A stretch of DNA of 64,000 bases from Flavobacteriaceae bacterium (GTDB taxonomy: Bacteria > Bacteroidota > Bacteroidia > Flavobacteriales > Flavobacteriaceae): assembly GCA_050300615.1 (NCBI GenBank), contig JBNKYB010000041.1:6814-70813 (forward strand), read 5' to 3'. Both the position numbers and the translations under genes were made by a program. Below are positions 37,724 through 47,811 of the stretch, in pieces. The notes below the pieces were generated by a model that saw only the letters and a program-made list of their open reading frames with translations, did not search any database and had not been told where the DNA came from. How positions within the stretch are numbered: the first letter of the stretch is position 1; the number at the start of each line of letters is the position of its first letter.

Positions 37724-38215
37724 TTACAAATTAAACGTCGCTCCTAAATTTATCGTAAACTGATTGTATAATTTTTCAGCAGGAGTTAAAGTATCGGTAT
37801 TAAATTTAGCAAAAGGGATGTTTAATTCAGTAAAAATTCCAAAACCATTTGAAAAGAAATAACGCATTCCTAAATGACCACCAAAGTTTTTAAGGCTCAC
37901 ATCTAACCCAGGGTAAACATCAAAGTTATCATCTATATTCACGACATTTCCTAAGTTAGCATTAAAGCGCGCTTTTAAATCGAACCGATCTTCGAACTTG
38001 GCATCAATAGCCTCATTTACATTTAGGGCATACGATGAGGACAATCCTAACGAAATGTTTTCTCCCAGACCCACATCATAACTTGCATTAATTCCTGTAG
38101 CATTATCTTGAAAACTAGCACCTATTTGAAACTTGTTATCGCCGTTACCTTTAAAGGCTTGTGCATTGATAAAAGAAACAGTAAGCAAGCTGGCTATTAA
38201 AATTAGTTTTTTCAT
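37724..38215 (-). CDS. small outer-membrane beta-barrel protein (hypothetical)
   Basis: 163 aa. Signal peptide MKKLILIASLLTVSFINAQA, alternating beta-strand pattern, C-terminal ...LGATFNL. Confidence 0.55.
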   Translation of the reverse strand: MKKLILIASLLTVSFINAQAFKGNGDNKFQIGASFQDNATGINASYDVGLGENISLGLSSSYALNVNEAIDAKFEDRFDLKARFNANLGNVVNIDDNFDVYPGLDVSLKNFGGHLGMRYFFSNGFGIFTELNIPFAKFNTDTLTPAEKLYNQFTINLGATFNL

Positions 38216-38315
38216 GTTTTTTTATTTTAAAATTACTTGGCAAAGATACCAATATGGCGTAATAATTTTCTTAAAAAATATACAAATAATAATGGGTTTT
38301 ACCAATAGAAATAGT

Positions 38316-39188
38316 CTATGAAGTCATTCTGTTTTTGGTATGTGCTCGTATAATGGCTTGGTTGTTTTTCCAGTCAATCCATTTTTGTCCTTTTAAGCGT
38401 CTCATCATGTTGTCAAAGTTTCTCATAACTAACAGATTGTAAATAGCTTTGCTTAAATTTAATGGATTTCTGGGAATGGCACGTAAACTCATAGAAAACC
38501 CGGGTGTTACATAACGCATATAATGCCAGTAGCCTTCTGGCATATACAATATCTCACCATGTTTGAGTTGGGTTTTATAACCTTTAGCTCTAGTAAGTAG
38601 GGGCCATTTTATAAAATCGGGGTTGTTAAAGTCAATATCTTCTCTAGTAATTAAAGAGTGTGGTATTTTGTATAAATAGTCACTTTGTTTTTGATCAAAC
38701 AAGATGATTTCTTTGGTGCCTTGAAAATGGAAATGAAAAATATTAGCCAAATCGATGTCATAATGCATAAACGTATAGGAATCATAACCACCAAAAAATA
38801 GCATAGGAATATCTTTCATAAGGCGTAAACCAAAATCTGGAAAGGTGAAATCTTGTTGAAGCTCTGGGATTTCCTTTAATGCATTCCATAAAAAAATACG
38901 GTATCTGGTAGGCTCACGCTTCAATAAGTCAATATAATCACTCATTTTCATAGTTGCATGAGGCTCATTAAAACCATCTTTATAATCTACTGGGCGGTCA
39001 TCATACAACGGAATTGTAATATGTCCTGCTACCGTTTTCATATAGTCTAAATTCCATTTGCTATAAGCAGGCCAGTCCTCAGTAAAACGCTCAATAACCA
39101 CAGGCTTTTGTGGCTTAAAATAGTGTTTTAAAAACTCCTCTTTAGTAATAGTTTTTACTCTAGGAATATCTTGTAGATTTAGTGCCAT
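38316..39188 (-). CDS. cupin-like / JmjC-domain protein
   Basis: 290 aa. FMHYDID and a later ...GEILYMPEGYWHY resemble the HxD...H 2-oxoglutarate/Fe(II) cupin pattern. Confidence 0.65.
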   Translation of the reverse strand: MALNLQDIPRVKTITKEEFLKHYFKPQKPVVIERFTEDWPAYSKWNLDYMKTVAGHITIPLYDDRPVDYKDGFNEPHATMKMSDYIDLLKREPTRYRIFLWNALKEIPELQQDFTFPDFGLRLMKDIPMLFFGGYDSYTFMHYDIDLANIFHFHFQGTKEIILFDQKQSDYLYKIPHSLITREDIDFNNPDFIKWPLLTRAKGYKTQLKHGEILYMPEGYWHYMRYVTPGFSMSLRAIPRNPLNLSKAIYNLLVMRNFDNMMRRLKGQKWIDWKNNQAIIRAHTKNRMTS

Positions 39189-39432
39189 TAATAATATTTA
39201 ATGAATCTGTAAAGTTAAGAAATCGTTACCAAATTAAGAATAGTATTTTGGTATTCCCTTAAAGGTTTTGTCTTCGGGACTTTGAGGTATTTTGCTTTAA
39301 CAACAGTTTTGTATATGAAATGTTGCGTGTTTGTGTGCGAGGATTTTCCGAAGAAAATCAGATGCAAGCAAACAAAGCAACTCACATTGGATAAGCTAAA
39401 ATCAGTTTATATAAAAAAATATTTTCTAACTT

Positions 39433-39657
39433 CTAAAAAGTCAAAACATTAGACCATTTTAAAAGATACAATATAAGAACTGTAATTGCGGTGCTGGTGT
39501 ATAATGAACTTTGCCAGAAATAAACCTTACTATTCCAAGTCTTCCACATCTTTTCACCAGATACTTTTTTTACATAACCATTAAGACTTTTATAAAAAAG
39601 AAAATTAATTATCAAGAAAATTGTAATTGCGATTATTATTATCCAAATTTTATTCAT
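39433..39657 (-). CDS. small two-TM membrane protein (hypothetical)
   Basis: 74-aa ORF with two hydrophobic helices. No family recognised. Confidence 0.35.
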   Translation of the reverse strand: MNKIWIIIIAITIFLIINFLFYKSLNGYVKKVSGEKMWKTWNSKVYFWQSSLYTSTAITVLILYLLKWSNVLTF

Positions 39658-39718
39658 AGTTCAAATATTTAATAAGGTGTTCTATTTTAAATTGTTGCCA
39701 ACTAACTCATAAAAACAG

Positions 39719-40684
39719 TTATTTTAGTTCGAAAAACGTATCAAAAAGTGCATAAAATTTTTCAGGTTCTTCTAAATAAGGGTTGTGTCCACTATTCTCA
39801 AATATTACAAACTGGGCTTGTGGCATAAAAGTTTTATACTGCACATTAAATTCGGGAGTAGATACACCATCATACCTGCCAGATACTACGAGTGTTTTGG
39901 CTGTTACGTTTTTTAGTTGTTGTCTAAAATCTTGGTTAATCATGCTGCCACTAACATCAAAATCTCCATCTTTCCCAATAATAGTTGTGTAGACATCGTT
40001 AGCCCAACCTCGATATGCTTTTTTAGGCTCATTTCCTTTAATAGATGTATCGTGATAATACACATATTTAGTTGGAATACTGCCGTACAATGATCTTAAA
40101 GGTTCTTGGCTAGACAGATAACCCAAGGCTCTTAAGGAGTCAACTTGTTTCCACTTTTCAGGAAAATGGGTTTTAACATAATGGTTGTAGCTATCGCAAT
40201 TGGCTTGCCACATAGCACCACTATGAAAACCACTTATAAGCATTAATTTATCAATGTTATTGGGATATTTAATTGCATAAGCTTGAGCAGGCACGGTTCC
40301 GTAAGAATGCCCAACAATCGATATTTTATCAAACTTTAAAAGCATTCTTAGGTTTTCAATAAGTGCGACATCATTTTCAACCGAATATTCTGATTTATCT
40401 TTAGCATCATCACTTTTTCCTCGTCCTAAAAAATCAAAAAATACGACCGTATTGGTTTTGTAATATTGGCCAAAATTAGCTTGCATATAGTCGTGGGAAT
40501 TTCCTGGACCGCCAGGTAAAAAGAAAATAGGATCACCAGTTCCTTTGACTTCTACATTGATGTTGTAGCCATCAATGACATAGAATTTGGATTCAAATTT
40601 ACTGAAGATGTCTGGGTCTGTCTGAGAATAAGCATTAAAAGATAATAGTATACCTAAACATAATGCTAACGTAGCGCGTATCAT
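39719..40684 (-). CDS. secreted alpha/beta hydrolase (proline iminopeptidase-like)
   Basis: 321 aa. Signal peptide, HGGPG-like PGGPGNSH oxyanion motif, nucleophile elbow GHSYG, C-terminal His (SGHNPYLEEP). Confidence 0.85.
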   Translation of the reverse strand: MIRATLALCLGILLSFNAYSQTDPDIFSKFESKFYVIDGYNINVEVKGTGDPIFFLPGGPGNSHDYMQANFGQYYKTNTVVFFDFLGRGKSDDAKDKSEYSVENDVALIENLRMLLKFDKISIVGHSYGTVPAQAYAIKYPNNIDKLMLISGFHSGAMWQANCDSYNHYVKTHFPEKWKQVDSLRALGYLSSQEPLRSLYGSIPTKYVYYHDTSIKGNEPKKAYRGWANDVYTTIIGKDGDFDVSGSMINQDFRQQLKNVTAKTLVVSGRYDGVSTPEFNVQYKTFMPQAQFVIFENSGHNPYLEEPEKFYALFDTFFELK

Positions 40685-41082
40685 AATAAGTTTGTTTTTG
40701 TAAAGATACTTATTTTGAAAACAAACTAAATGGGGTATTCCCTCATTTATAAGACATTAGTAGTTGATTAATTATCTTCCTAATTCGGCTAAAAAAGAAA
40801 ATCGAATCGTATTGTACTCGTATTGATTATCGTTAAAAATCCGATTATTGTTAACGTTAATCGTCGCTGTAATAATGTATTTTTTTATTAATAATATAAG
40901 CACAATCTGTTAAAAGCTTCGTTATCACTAACTGCAAATATTTTTTATTTCAGCAGTAAAAGTGCTTTTAAAATTAGGATTGTCTATGGTATTGTTAACG
41001 CTTAAACAAAAGAGAATAATGATTAAAAACAGAAAACTTCATGATGATTTTGTTTTTATAAACAACACTGATAAATATAAAT

Positions 41083-41108
41083 AAAAAAACCGCCAATTGG
41101 CGGTTTTT
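41083..41108. terminator. bidirectional intrinsic terminator downstream of the flotillin gene
   Basis: AAAAAAACCGCC-aatt-GGCGGTTTTT. Confidence 0.75.
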
Positions 41109-41111
41109 GTG

Positions 41112-42548
41112 TTATTCGATAACGTCCTCATCTTTTTTATTGGAGGTGTTATCCTCTTTTGGTTTTGTCTTTTCTTCAACATTTTTTCCTTTTAAGTATT
41201 CAGGTAAATCCATACCGGCCATATTAAACATGTCTTGTAATGGCGGAACCGATTTATACATACCCGAAAGGAAATTAGCCGTAGACGATTTTCCATCTTT
41301 TCCGTTGCCGTTATCCCAAACCGTTACTTTATCTATTTTAATATTCTTAATAGCTTCGGCTTGTATTTTAACCAATTCTGGTAATTTATCGGCAATTAAT
41401 AATAACACGGCATCTTTAGAGTTATTACCTGCGGCCTTAACAATTTGATCTAAACCAGCAGCTTGTTTGGTTAAGACTTCATAAAGACCTTTTGCTTCCG
41501 CTTCGGCTTTTAAGAAGATAGCATCTGCTTCCCCTTTTGCACGGCGTCTAATTTGTTCTGCTTCCGCTTCGGCATCAATTTCTACTTTCTTTTTATCGAT
41601 TTCTGCAGGTACAATAATATCGGCCATTTGAGAGGAACGTTCTCTTTCTGCCCTGGCTATTTCGGCTTCTTTTTCTGCTGCATATGATTCTTCTAAAGCT
41701 TTTGCAGATTGTACTTTTTCCGAAGCTATCGCTACGCGCTCTGCTTCAGCTTCACGCTGACGACGTAACGAATCTGAATTAGCAACTGCAATTTTAGCCG
41801 TATTTTCGCCTTCTACTGCTTGTGCATTTGCAGCAGCCACTTGAGTTCTCTCATCCTGTAAAGCGTTGGCTTCACCAATAGAACCGTCACGGTTTTTTTC
41901 GGCAACCGATTTACGTGCAGCATTTATAGCATGAGCAGCGGCTTCTTTACCTAAGGCTTCAATATATCCAGATTCATCAACAATATCTGTAATGTTAACG
42001 TTAATTAGTTTAAGACCTACTTTTTTAAGTTCGGTTTCAACACTCTGCGAAATATTGGTTAAGAATTTATCACGGTCGTTATTAATTTCCTCGATATCCA
42101 TAGAAGCCACTACCAAACGCAACTGACCAAAAATAATCTCTTTAGCCAATTCTTGAATGTCTTGCAAGCCTAAACCTAATAAACGTTCGGCAGCATTTTG
42201 CATTACGCCAGGTTCTGTAGAAACACCAATTGTAAAACGAGAGGGCACGTTTACCCGAATATTTTGTTTACTTAAGGCATTTACAAGGTTTACTTCAATG
42301 GAAATAGGGGTTAAATCTAAAAATTCATAATCTTGAATAACGGGAAATATAAACGCAGCACCACCATGAATACATTTGGCAGATTGTCCTCCACCAACTT
42401 TACCATAAACTACTAAAATCCTATCTGAGGGACAACGCTTATAGCGCCTTACAAGGACAATAAAAAATATAAATACAAAAAGGACTGCTGCAATAATGGT
42501 TATTGGAAGTCCAAAACTAAAGGCATCTTGTGCAATAAGTGGTAACAT
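41112..42548 (-). CDS. flotillin-family SPFH protein
   Basis: 478 aa. N-terminal membrane hairpin, SPFH domain, and a long Ala/Glu-rich coiled-coil region (EAEAERVAIA...EAEIARAERE). Confidence 0.9.
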   Translation of the reverse strand: MLPLIAQDAFSFGLPITIIAAVLFVFIFFIVLVRRYKRCPSDRILVVYGKVGGGQSAKCIHGGAAFIFPVIQDYEFLDLTPISIEVNLVNALSKQNIRVNVPSRFTIGVSTEPGVMQNAAERLLGLGLQDIQELAKEIIFGQLRLVVASMDIEEINNDRDKFLTNISQSVETELKKVGLKLINVNITDIVDESGYIEALGKEAAAHAINAARKSVAEKNRDGSIGEANALQDERTQVAAANAQAVEGENTAKIAVANSDSLRRQREAEAERVAIASEKVQSAKALEESYAAEKEAEIARAERERSSQMADIIVPAEIDKKKVEIDAEAEAEQIRRRAKGEADAIFLKAEAEAKGLYEVLTKQAAGLDQIVKAAGNNSKDAVLLLIADKLPELVKIQAEAIKNIKIDKVTVWDNGNGKDGKSSTANFLSGMYKSVPPLQDMFNMAGMDLPEYLKGKNVEEKTKPKEDNTSNKKDEDVIE

Positions 42549-42551
42549 AAA

Positions 42552-43130
42552 TTATTTGTTAAGTGGTTCTACAATTAAAATTCCGTTTTCGGTAACATCT
42601 TTTACTATGATAACAGAACCCGATTTTAAATCTGTTTCTGAATCTGTAAGGGCTTCAAGTTCTCTTAAAGCACCTTGAATTCTCACATGTGCTTTTCCAA
42701 TCGTTGTCCTTTTTGCTCCAATAGTTAAATAAACTTCGCCAACAGCATTTATGGCATTTTTAAAGTCTAGTGTACCACTGTCGTTAAGTTTTTGCATATA
42801 ATAAAACATGGCTGCCATAATAGCCATCATTGCTAAACCACAAATTAAGGATATGATAACGGTAAGAGGTTTAGATAAATCGGAATCAATACAAGCTATG
42901 CCACTCCAACCAAATATGGTAAAGAATCCAACTAGATTTTTGAAGGTTATAAATTGAAATCCTATACCGGTGTCAGACTCTATATCTGTATCTACATCTG
43001 TGTCAAGACCGTCTGTTTCTGCACCAATAAAGGTAAAAAGCATCATAAAGATAAATACTAAAGATGCTATTAATGCTATACCCCAATAAACTTTAGGAAA
43101 TAACTCTAAGTTTGAAAACCACTCAACCAT
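42552..43130 (-). CDS. NfeD/YqiJ-like membrane protein partnered with flotillin
   Basis: 192 aa. Several TM helices, then a C-terminal OB-like segment (GEVYLTIG...GKAHVRIQGALRELEA). Its stop lies 3 nt upstream of the flotillin start. Confidence 0.7.
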   Translation of the reverse strand: MVEWFSNLELFPKVYWGIALIASLVFIFMMLFTFIGAETDGLDTDVDTDIESDTGIGFQFITFKNLVGFFTIFGWSGIACIDSDLSKPLTVIISLICGLAMMAIMAAMFYYMQKLNDSGTLDFKNAINAVGEVYLTIGAKRTTIGKAHVRIQGALRELEALTDSETDLKSGSVIIVKDVTENGILIVEPLNK

Positions 43131-43249
43131 AAATAATAAAACTTAAATAGTTTTGTAAGATAAAACTTTAAAAAGAGTTTTACAATACTAAAAGATAATT
43201 TTATTAATAGGTATTTTAAACTAATTTTTTGTTACAAAAAATCTCGTAA

Positions 43250-45079
43250 TTATTTAAAATGGTAGGTGAGTCCAAATAGCATGTTTCCTTTAGGCATAGG
43301 CACTAGGTTAGTTTCTGTATAGTCTGTATTAAAAATATTATTTGCAATAACAGACACTTCAAAAGTATTAAATATTGCATTGATACTGGCGTCTACCACC
43401 GAATAACTTTCTCTGTTGGTCCTTTCGGCGTACTTGTAGACGATATTTTGAGTAACATTCTTTATAAAACTGGTGCTTAATTTGGAGGTTACATGATGTT
43501 TTAAAGAGTTAATGGAATATCTAGAAAAGTTTACGTTTAAACTTTTAATATCATCTTCTAAAAACGAATAAGATAGGTTTAAATCTTGATTTAAGTTACC
43601 TAGTTTAAAATTGAAATTGGTCGCTAACTCAAAGCCTTTGGTGTTTAATTGCCTTATGTTTGTTGCTTGCCAAGGGTCGTCTGCATTGTCTTTAACAAAA
43701 TCAATAAGTTTGTCTGCATCTCTATTAAAAAATGCGACTGATGCGCTAAAATTATTGGTAAAAAATTTTAATCCTAATTCTTCAGAAATGGCTTCTTCAG
43801 GCTTTAAATTGGGATCTCCAAGCGTTGTAGGATCGCTATAATATAAATCGGTATAGGTTGGAATTCTGTACGTGTAGCCAACATTTCCGTAAGCTTTTAA
43901 CTGATCGCTTAATTTGTAACCGATATCAATTCCTGGAAAGGCATGAAATTTAAAATCGGAAAAATAAGTAACGGCAACACCAGGCGTAATATCCAATTTA
44001 TTATCAGCTAATTTAAAAAGGTGTTCAAGGAACATGGTGGTCATAAAACGGTTTCGGTTTCCTAAATTATTACTAGACAGATATACCTTAGCAATATCAA
44101 CACCAAAACCGGTGACTCCTAAATTAGAGTTGTATTGCATGTTCATTTCGGCACCAACCTTATTCGTTTGGTGTAGGTTTCTGTAAATTGATGGGTCTTG
44201 ACGCACAAAAATATATTCATCTTGATTGCGTCTCCAATACATACGGGGTTTTAAAGTAAGACGTTCCCTTTTTATTTCAGTTGAAACGCCTACCAAACTC
44301 GTTTGTATTTCTTCATATTGATTAGTAGCTGTAGGGCTTGCATAAAAACCATTCGCCCCAAATTTTCGTTCCGAAAAAGAAGTAATCATATTTATAGGAA
44401 GCGTTGCTTTATTAAAGGTGCTTTTAATAAAATAGTTTTGATTGTCGTAATCGGTATTATATCGGTAGCCATCAGAAACATTTCTTGAAACATGAACTAA
44501 ATGCGAAGAATTTTTTAAGTTATTGGCAACTGTGACTGAAGCATTTTTTTGTCCGTAAGAACCTGCTTCAACACCAAGAGACATCGAGGTTTCCTGATTT
44601 TTTTTAGTCACAATATTAATAGCGCCCGTAAAAGCATTCTGCCCAAATACTCTAGCAGCCGATCCTTTAATAATTTCAATACGTTCAATAACCTCAAGAG
44701 GCAGAGCCATATTCATGGAGTGGTGTCCCGTTTGGGCATCATCTACTTTAATACCATCAATAAGTAATAGGGTTTGATCAAAACTACCACCACGAATGTA
44801 TAAATCGGCTTGCATACCAGAAGTGCCTCGACGCCGTATATCAACACCTGCAAATTGTTGTAATACATCGGCAACGTTGGTAGCAGCACTTTGTTTAATA
44901 TCTTCGGAAGAAATCACCGTTATGGTTCTTGAGTTTTCTTTAAAAGGCAAACTTATTCGAGTAGAGTTGATTATAACTTCACCAAGTGCTGTAGTATCTT
45001 GTGGTGTAATTTGCTCATTTTGAGCATGTAATATTACAGACATTAATATGGAAATTCCTAAGAAATAGTATTTTTTCAT
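43250..45079 (-). CDS. TonB-dependent receptor (small, about 610 aa, BtuB/vitamin-type size class)
   Basis: Start taken at MKKYYFLGISILMSVILHAQ. Plug motifs (IEIIKGSAARVFGQNAFTGAINIV), beta-barrel, C-terminal LTYHFK. Confidence 0.85.
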   Translation of the reverse strand: MKKYYFLGISILMSVILHAQNEQITPQDTTALGEVIINSTRISLPFKENSRTITVISSEDIKQSAATNVADVLQQFAGVDIRRRGTSGMQADLYIRGGSFDQTLLLIDGIKVDDAQTGHHSMNMALPLEVIERIEIIKGSAARVFGQNAFTGAINIVTKKNQETSMSLGVEAGSYGQKNASVTVANNLKNSSHLVHVSRNVSDGYRYNTDYDNQNYFIKSTFNKATLPINMITSFSERKFGANGFYASPTATNQYEEIQTSLVGVSTEIKRERLTLKPRMYWRRNQDEYIFVRQDPSIYRNLHQTNKVGAEMNMQYNSNLGVTGFGVDIAKVYLSSNNLGNRNRFMTTMFLEHLFKLADNKLDITPGVAVTYFSDFKFHAFPGIDIGYKLSDQLKAYGNVGYTYRIPTYTDLYYSDPTTLGDPNLKPEEAISEELGLKFFTNNFSASVAFFNRDADKLIDFVKDNADDPWQATNIRQLNTKGFELATNFNFKLGNLNQDLNLSYSFLEDDIKSLNVNFSRYSINSLKHHVTSKLSTSFIKNVTQNIVYKYAERTNRESYSVVDASINAIFNTFEVSVIANNIFNTDYTETNLVPMPKGNMLFGLTYHFK

Positions 45080-45125
45080 AAATAAACAATTGACTCTTTT
45101 TGAACGATGCAAAATTCGTAACTTT

Positions 45126-45147
45126 CTGGACTAGTTAAGTAGTCCAG
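45126..45147. promoter_or_regulatory. perfect 8-6-8 inverted repeat in the TBDR / MocR divergent region (candidate operator)
   Basis: CTGGACTA-gttaag-TAGTCCAG. Ends 10 nt upstream of the MocR-type regulator ATG. Confidence 0.35.
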
Positions 45148-45157
45148 TTTTAAAATA

Positions 45158-46654
45158 ATGAATAGTCCGGTTAATATACTTTTAAAGCAATTAATTTTTC
45201 TTGAAAAATCAAATTCAACAGCCATTTATATTCAGGCTGCACAACAAATTATTAATGCCATTCAACGTGGGTATTTAACAGAAGGCACTTGGTTGCCAGG
45301 TACGCGTACGTTTAGTGAACTATTTAATATTAATAGAAATACGGTTGTTGCTATTTACGATGAGTTAGCCTCACAAGGGTGGGTAGAAATTATACCGAAT
45401 AAAGGGACTTGCGTTTTAGTTCCGGAACAAAAAACAGCAGCCATAAAAGCGACCTCTCAGCGAATTGATCAGGTACACGATTATTCAAAAACAACAGGTT
45501 TTCCCTTTCAACCGTCTTTTAATTTGGCACCTACGCGAGAACAGAATCAAAAAAAGTACAGTATTAATGATGGTCAACCAGATTTGAGATTGCATCCTAC
45601 GCATCAATTTTCAAAATGGTATAGCGCCTCCATGAAACGAAAATCTTTAATTTCAAAATGGAATCAAACATCGTTATCTTCTTATTCTAGCTTCGAAGTA
45701 CAACTTTGTAATTATTTAAATGCTACACGCGGATTTCATATAAAATCCCATAATTTAATGAGTACAAGAAGTATAGAAATGAGCCTGTATATTGTGTCTC
45801 AGTTATTATTAAAACCAAAAGATATTGTGTTGGTTGGAGATTTAAGTAATTATGCAGCCAATATGATTTTTCAACAATCGGGTGCTATAATAAAAACTAT
45901 TCCAACAGATAATAATGGTGTCGATGTAGACTACATTAGAAAACATTTTACAAAACATACCATTCGCTGTATGTATGTATGTGCTAATAGGCATTACCCG
46001 ACAACGTGTACTTTAAGTGTAGAGCGTCGTTTGCAGTTAATGCAACTCGCTAAAGATTATCAGTTTGCCATTATTGAAGACGATTTCGATTACGATTTTC
46101 AGTTTGATGGCTCTGCTATGTTACCTATGGCGAGTTCGGATGCCAATGGGGTTATTATTTATTTAGGAAAATTAGGGCAATCCTTGTTCCCTAGTTTTCA
46201 AACTGGGTTTGTAATAGCGCCAGAGAATTTAATTTCGGAAGCTAAAAACTATTTAAAACTATTAGATAGTCAAGGAGATTTAATTCAGGAACAAATGTTA
46301 TCCGAACTTATTTTTGAAGGAGAAATACATCGGTTAATTAAGAAAAACATTGTAATCTATAAACAAAGACGCGATTTTTTATGCGACTGTCTCACCAAAA
46401 ATTTTAAGGAACATTTATATTGGGAAAAACCATCGGGAGGTTTAGCATTATGGCTGTGCTTTGAACCAAAAATATCTTTAGTTAAGTTAGCTGAACAAGC
46501 TCAGAGATACGATTTGTTTCTACCCAAAATAATTCTTTATCAAAATAAAAACACCTGTTGCATTCGTTTTGGATATGGAGATTTAAACGAAGAAGAGATT
46601 GAAATTGTAGTAAAGAAGTTAAAAGCTGCTTATAATTTAGTCTTAAATAGTTAA
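45158..46654 (+). CDS. MocR/PdxR-type regulator (GntR wHTH fused to an aminotransferase-like domain)
   Basis: 498 aa. N-terminal GntR HTH (LPGTRTFSELFNINRNTVVAIYDELASQGWVEIIPNKGTCV), then a fold-type-I aminotransferase-like domain. Confidence 0.85.
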   Translation: MNSPVNILLKQLIFLEKSNSTAIYIQAAQQIINAIQRGYLTEGTWLPGTRTFSELFNINRNTVVAIYDELASQGWVEIIPNKGTCVLVPEQKTAAIKATSQRIDQVHDYSKTTGFPFQPSFNLAPTREQNQKKYSINDGQPDLRLHPTHQFSKWYSASMKRKSLISKWNQTSLSSYSSFEVQLCNYLNATRGFHIKSHNLMSTRSIEMSLYIVSQLLLKPKDIVLVGDLSNYAANMIFQQSGAIIKTIPTDNNGVDVDYIRKHFTKHTIRCMYVCANRHYPTTCTLSVERRLQLMQLAKDYQFAIIEDDFDYDFQFDGSAMLPMASSDANGVIIYLGKLGQSLFPSFQTGFVIAPENLISEAKNYLKLLDSQGDLIQEQMLSELIFEGEIHRLIKKNIVIYKQRRDFLCDCLTKNFKEHLYWEKPSGGLALWLCFEPKISLVKLAEQAQRYDLFLPKIILYQNKNTCCIRFGYGDLNEEEIEIVVKKLKAAYNLVLNS

Positions 46655-46724
46655 CCTTATTTATTACACGTAATCGTAATTATTTAAAAAAATTATTGTT
46701 TTTCGATAATTTTTTATATGTTTG

Positions 46725-46741
46725 TTATCGTTAAACGATAA
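46725..46741. promoter_or_regulatory. perfect 17-bp palindrome upstream of the first DUF2975 gene (candidate operator)
   Basis: TTATCGTT-A-AACGATAA ends 4 nt before the ATG at 46746. An extra CGATAA half-site lies about 20 nt upstream. Confidence 0.35.
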
Positions 46742-46745
46742 TATT

Positions 46746-47237
46746 ATGAAAAAAATTAAATTTCTAAATAAGTTAGTGATACTCTTAATTGTGCTTTATT
46801 CATTAACAAATGTATTAAGTATATATAGCGTTTTACCTGCTTTTGGTTATGGAACGTTTAATGGGTTTTTTAATTTTTTATTATTTACCAATTTCATATT
46901 AACTTTGGATTTCTTCTTTACATTAATCTTTTTTATTGGATTAATTTATGTTCATCGTGGATTGCTTAGTATTATTAAAGATGGGGTTTTTAATATTAAA
47001 ACAAAAGAGAAGTTTAAAAGAGGTGGTATACTTTTTCTTGTTTCTGGAACTTTAAGTTTTTTACTTGGATTAAGTTTACTTGTCAACGATAATTTTCAAG
47101 ACGATTATTATATTCTAATATTGATTTTTCTTGGAAAGGAATTCTTTGTTTTAGTTATAGGTTTTAGTCTTTATGCTTTAACCGATATTATTGATAATGG
47201 TCTTATGTTAAAACAAGAAAACGATTTAACGGTATAA
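46746..47237 (+). CDS. DUF2975-like polytopic membrane protein, paralog 1
   Basis: Start taken at MKKIKFLNK. Four or five TM helices. C-terminal LKQENDLTV. Confidence 0.65.
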   Translation: MKKIKFLNKLVILLIVLYSLTNVLSIYSVLPAFGYGTFNGFFNFLLFTNFILTLDFFFTLIFFIGLIYVHRGLLSIIKDGVFNIKTKEKFKRGGILFLVSGTLSFLLGLSLLVNDNFQDDYYILILIFLGKEFFVLVIGFSLYALTDIIDNGLMLKQENDLTV

Positions 47238-47239
47238 TT

Positions 47240-47809
47240 ATGAAAAAAGCGGCTTTAATTTTAAAATGGCTTACAATATTATTTTCCTTACGATTAGTAT
47301 ACTTATTATTTCGACAGATTTGGAATGTTATTCAGAGTTATATAAATGGAACTATCGAGAAAGATGTGTTTTTCGGAATTAAGATGCCAGAAGATATTGC
47401 ACATATTGGATATCTTCTTACTTCTCTTGTTAGTTGTATCATTTTAGTATACTTATTTTATCTACTTAATATTTTTAGGAGTGTTGTTCAAGATTTGGTA
47501 AAAAATCAAATTTTCATTTTTGAAAATGTAGAACAATTAATTAAAATCAGTAAGGGGTTATTCATTTTTGGTATGATATTATTTTTGATTCAATTAGTCT
47601 TAAGAATGATTCAACCTTTTCCTGAGTTACCAATAATTGATTCACCATATTCTGCAGGATACAGCTTGGGGTATATACTAGGGGTAAGTTTTAATTTGTT
47701 GCTATCAACAGGGTTCCCCATTTTTATTTATGCTCTTTTTATCTTTATTATTGCCAAACTTATTAAAGAAGGGCATCTTTTAAAACAAGAAAACGAACTA
47801 ACAATATAA
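47240..47809 (+). CDS. DUF2975-like polytopic membrane protein, paralog 2
   Basis: 189 aa, polytopic. C-terminal LKQENELTI. Starts 2 nt after the previous stop. Confidence 0.65.
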   Translation: MKKAALILKWLTILFSLRLVYLLFRQIWNVIQSYINGTIEKDVFFGIKMPEDIAHIGYLLTSLVSCIILVYLFYLLNIFRSVVQDLVKNQIFIFENVEQLIKISKGLFIFGMILFLIQLVLRMIQPFPELPIIDSPYSAGYSLGYILGVSFNLLLSTGFPIFIYALFIFIIAKLIKEGHLLKQENELTI

Positions 47810-47811
47810 TT

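Noticed and set aside
39250-40743. Shared 10-mer GGTATTCCCT upstream of both the JmjC-like and the hydrolase genes, as a possible common operator
   Set aside because: Exact 10-mer repeats are expected many times by chance in 64 kb of AT-rich DNA, and the flanks are not similar.
40760-41082. Long (about 430 bp in total) AT-rich intergenic region with two ATTGTTAACG words
   Set aside because: It has no ORF over 15 codons, no convincing promoter/terminator pair and no extended repeat or structure. It is noted only as an unusually long spacer.
41107-41448. 113-aa plus-strand ORF
   Set aside because: It is antisense to the flotillin gene. It is a shadow ORF.
45080-45157. Cobalamin or other riboswitch upstream of the small TonB-dependent receptor
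   Set aside because: Only about 78 nt are available between the divergent start codons. That is too short for a B12 riboswitch, and no conserved B12-box-like sequence was seen.
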